Position numbers and translations under genes: made by a program. Below are positions 60,311 to 64,000 of a stretch of 64,000 nt of DNA, piece after piece. Position 1 is the first letter of the stretch. Each line of letters starts with the position of its first letter. The DNA is from Anthoceros angustus. Taxonomy: Eukaryota; Plantae; Anthocerotophyta. Location of the stretch: the NCBI GenBank assembly GCA_010909165.1, contig MU008187.1:252247-316246 (forward strand), given 5' to 3'. The notes beneath the pieces are model-generated. The model worked only from the letters and a program-made list of their open reading frames with translations. It made no database searches and was not told where the DNA came from.

Positions 60311-60886
60311 TCCTAATGCTCTCTACCTCTCCTAAGACATAATGCATGGCCGAGGTAGATCTCGTGCATATCAACATCAACAAAGGAGAAGATTTGGTGG
60401 TGGATCACATTGTCCACGACACAGAAACCAAGTCCCAGTTGACACCGTTCTTGACCTGTACGAGACAAACTACCCCGACATACGGCTAAGGCAGTGGGTT
60501 GGGAGGAATTCAGGCACATCAAGTTCTAGGGCGCGTGCCATCAGGCTACAGCAATCAACAGCGTCTCTCAGCATAGGGGTTATTCTCCATTAAAGGGGTT
60601 TGGGTCCCTAAAGACCAAAAATGACCCAGCAGGCCAAAAATGCATCATCTTTAGCAAAACCACTCTTTAGACATGTCTTGAAAGACATTGACCATGTTAT
60701 TTTCTCGTGAATACTTACGCTATGAGGTTGAAGCCGAAGAAGGTTCATGGATTTCACCTTCACAAGGAAGGGATTTCAAGGATTTTTAATAGGTGCTAGG
60801 AATCCTAAACACCTCTTCGCAGCAATAGTACTTCCTAGGTGGTGAATGAGGCAAACCAAACAAAATTAGTCCAAAAGTTAAACTAC

Positions 60887-61247
60887 GGACGTCCGCGCAA
60901 CCAACACGCAAAAGTAGCAAGTCGAAAGAAGCAATCACACGGACGTCCGCGCAATTGTGAGAGAACATTAACCGATAGCTTGATCATGGCCATCTCGAGA
61001 GGACCAAACTACGACTCTAAAAAGTAGCGCTGGACGTCTGGTGCACTTTGAGTACACAACCCCGGGATCTCCATTGTTAGAGTGAAAAACATAGAAGGAA
61101 TTGGAACAATGCGCCGGACGTTCCGCACATTGGCGCGAGTCTGCTAAAGCCTGCGCCGGACGTCCGGCGCATTTTCTGGAGACCCCAATCTTGTGGGCGT
61201 CCAGCAAGATGGAAATGGTGGAGTGGATGCGCCGGACGTCCGGCGCA
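60887..61247. repeat. Cluster of palindromic GGACGTCC-core motifs inside the retroelement
   Basis: Perfect 20-bp palindrome tgcgccggacgtccggcgca at 61152 and 61228, with degenerate copies near 60887, 60941, 61028 and 61109. Confidence 0.85.
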
Positions 61248-61928
61248 CATCTATATTTATTCTTTGTCTTCTCTAGAAATATCCGCTTGGGATAGGTGCA
61301 CATAGACTCAATGGCGTAAGAACTCCAAGGTTAAGCACCCCTTGGTCGGATCAGTACCAGGATGGGGTGCTTGACTTTGGTGCTATGAGAATTTCTCGGT
61401 TATGCACTCTTGGGTCAAATTAGAACTAGGATGGCTTGCTTGTTTTTGGCGCTTTGAAAACTTTGTAACAACTCCACTGTTAAGCAACCTAGAGGCGTAT
61501 CAATACTAGGATGGAGTGTTGATTTTTAGTGGTTTGAAAAATTTGTAAATCATCCCGGTATCTAGGCGTAAAGTCATGAATATTATTTTTGAAAATCATT
61601 TGTTGGTTGATGTTATATTCCCACATTCGCTTTGTATACAACATGTAAAACCTTTTTGGCCTTACTCTATGTGCCCCTTCCGATGACTTGCAGCTGGATC
61701 TCTTTGATTGGTGCGCCAAAATGTCCGCTCATTCGAGTTTGATGCACGATAGATGCATAGGCCTTGGTTTCTAGATGAGCTACATTTTCCAAAATTCGAC
61801 ATGTATGATGGTGGTTTCTAATGGCCAACCTTTTGAAGACATAATGTTTCACAATGTTTTGCAGAGAAGCAAGAAAATAAATAGAATAGATGATTTTTCC
61901 TTGAGTAATGAAAGCCTGTCGGATGCAG

Positions 61929-64000
61929 TCGAACACAAGCATAAGAGAGCATCTGCCTGGCCACTGCGAGCCCTAGTGAGAGCCAGCGAGTATCTGAAGA
62001 AAGAGGGCTGGTCGCCCGAGCTGGGGGTTTTGACCAAATGGCTGAGTATTTCAGTGAGGCTCTGAAGGAGGACCTATCTATACCCACTGTGACGCCCACT
62101 ACAGCTGTGGCGCAGCTAGGTGTTCAGAGACGAACTATAGCCAAGCTTCGCCAGGAGATTTTGAATTTAAGATCTGACTTGCTCCATGTGCCACCCATGG
62201 ATAGATTAAGGTTGAAAGCGGTACGGACTTGACAAGAAGAAATGTAAGCTCTGAAGAGTTTGATCAAGAACGGTTGAGGAGGCCTCACCATCCTTTACCT
62301 TGTCCAATTCTGCTGCGGCCCAATCTGCGGATCTAAGTGCGCTTATCTCCGACACGGAGGGGCCAGTCGATGGTATGCCCGCCCCTGGGATTGCTCAATC
62401 ACGGGTTTGAAAAGAGAATTGATGTGAGTGTTGGTGCGGTGGCAAGTGTGCACAAGCAACTTGAACGAAAGTGCTTGCCTACACAAGTATTGACGCAACC
62501 CTCTCCAAACCCGGTGTATTGCACCTCTTTGGAGTATAAGTGCGCCGGACGCTCGCACTCCATTTTGAGCATAAGTGCCACCATCCGCCACTTGGTACAA
62601 AGGTGTGTCCGCTATTTGTGCGGACGGTGGGCACATTAGGTCTTCCTTGGGCTCGGATGCATGGGTGGGTTCGCAAATCATCGAAAACAAAGTGAAATGA
62701 GACATGTGCATCGGATGCGATCGAACACAAGCATAAGAGAGCATCTGCACTGCGAGCCCTAGTGAGAGCCAGAGTATCTGAAGAAAGAGGGCTGGTCGCC
62801 CGAGTGGGGTTTTGACCAAATGGTGAGTATTTCGGTGAGGCTCGAAGGAGGACCTATCTATACCCACCGTGACGCCCACTACGGTGTGGCAGCCTAGGTG
62901 TTCGAGACGAACTATAGCCAAGCTTCGCGGAGATTTTGAATTTAAGATCGACTTGCTCCATGTGCCACCCATGGATAGATTAAGGTTGAAAGCGATGCGG
63001 ACTTGACAAGAAGAAATGTAAGCTACGAAGAGTTTGATCAAGAGCGGTTGAGGAGGCCTCACCATCCTTTACCTTGTCCAATTCTGCTGCGGCCCAATCT
63101 GCGGATCTAAGTGCGGCTTATCTCCGACACGGAGGGGCGGTCAGGGCGGGTACTGCGTGCAGGATTGCTCGAATCACGGGTTTGAAAAGAGAATTGATGT
63201 GAGTGTTGGTGCGGTGGCAAGTGTGCACAAGCAACTTGAACGAAAGTGCTTGCCTACACAAGTATTGACGCAACCCTCTCCAAACCCGGTGTATTGCACC
63301 TCTTTGGAGTATAAGTCGCGGACGTTGGTGCACTCCACTTTTTGAGCATAAGTGCCACCATCCGCCACTTGGTACAAAGGTGTGTCCGCTATTTGTGCGG
63401 ACGGTGGGCACATTAGGTCTTCCTTGGGCTCGGATGCATGGGTGGGTTCGCAAATCATCGAAAACAAAGTGAAATGAGACATGTGCATCGGATGCGATCG
63501 AACACAAGCATAAGAGAGCATCCGCTGCCACCGCGAGCCCTAGTGAGAGCCAGTGAGTATCTGAAGAAAGAGGGCTGGTCGCCCGAGTGGGGTTTTGACC
63601 AAATGGTGAGTATTTCGGTGAGGCTCGAAGGAGGACCTATCTATACCCACCGTGACGCCCACTACGGTGTGGCAGCCTAGGTGTTCGAGACGAACTATAG
63701 CCAAGCTTCGCGGAGATTTTGAATTTAAGATCGACTTGCTCCATGTGCCACCCATGGATAGATTAAGGTTGAAAGCGATGCGGACTTGACAAGAAGAAAT
63801 GTAAGCTACGAAGAGTTTGATCAAGAGCGGTTGAGGAGGCCTCACCATCCTTTACCTTGTCCAATTCTGCTGCGGCCCAATCTGCGGATCTAAGTGCGGC
63901 TTATCTCCGACACGGAGGGGCGGTCAGGGCGGGTACTGCGTGCAGGATTGCTCGAATCACGGGTTTGAAAAGAGAATTGATGTGAGTGTTGGTGCGGTGG
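61929..64000. repeat. Tandem array of a ~780-790-bp unit (at least 2.6 copies, running off the window end)
   Basis: tcgaacacaagcataagagagcatc starts at 61929, 62721 and 63498. Confidence 0.95.

Noticed and set aside
1-64000. tRNA, rRNA or snoRNA genes
   Set aside because: No cloverleaf, rRNA-conserved or box C/D patterns were recognised by eye. tRNAscan-SE or Infernal would be needed to exclude them.

Overview
Eukaryotic land-plant nuclear DNA with compact, GC-rich gene clusters (introns mostly ~70-110 bp) separated by AT-rich, TE-rich spacers. An EFCAB2/DRC8-like flagellar gene and PLS-PPR relics point to a lineage with motile sperm such as a hornwort, lycophyte or fern (inference). Well-supported genes: a SAM-dependent methyltransferase, NOA1 (YqeH cGTPase), TEN1, an atypical single-domain MetF/MTHFR-like protein, an R2R3-MYB, CUL3, EFCAB2/DRC8-like, a TBL O-acetyltransferase, a CW-MBD protein, a twin-CX9C (COA4-like) protein, a GH17-X8 glucanase, NIC2 and IMP1. 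There are also DDX54 and PPR pseudogene fragments, a TIR-bounded MULE/SWIM transposase relic, several MITEs, a Copia 5' LTR with PBS and many tandem duplications. The most notable unexplained signals are: a TATA-associated ~40-bp hairpin that looks like an unrecognised pre-miRNA (5275-5397); a 27-bp perfect copy of IMP1 coding sequence fused to the edge of the Copia LTR (60091-60117); a microhomology-bounded duplication of the CUL3 splice acceptor; and the bacterial-architecture MetF-like gene. Exon structures were read by eye and homologies come from recalled motifs; no searches were run. Several duplicated copies carry indels typical of long-read errors, so assembly artefacts must be excluded.
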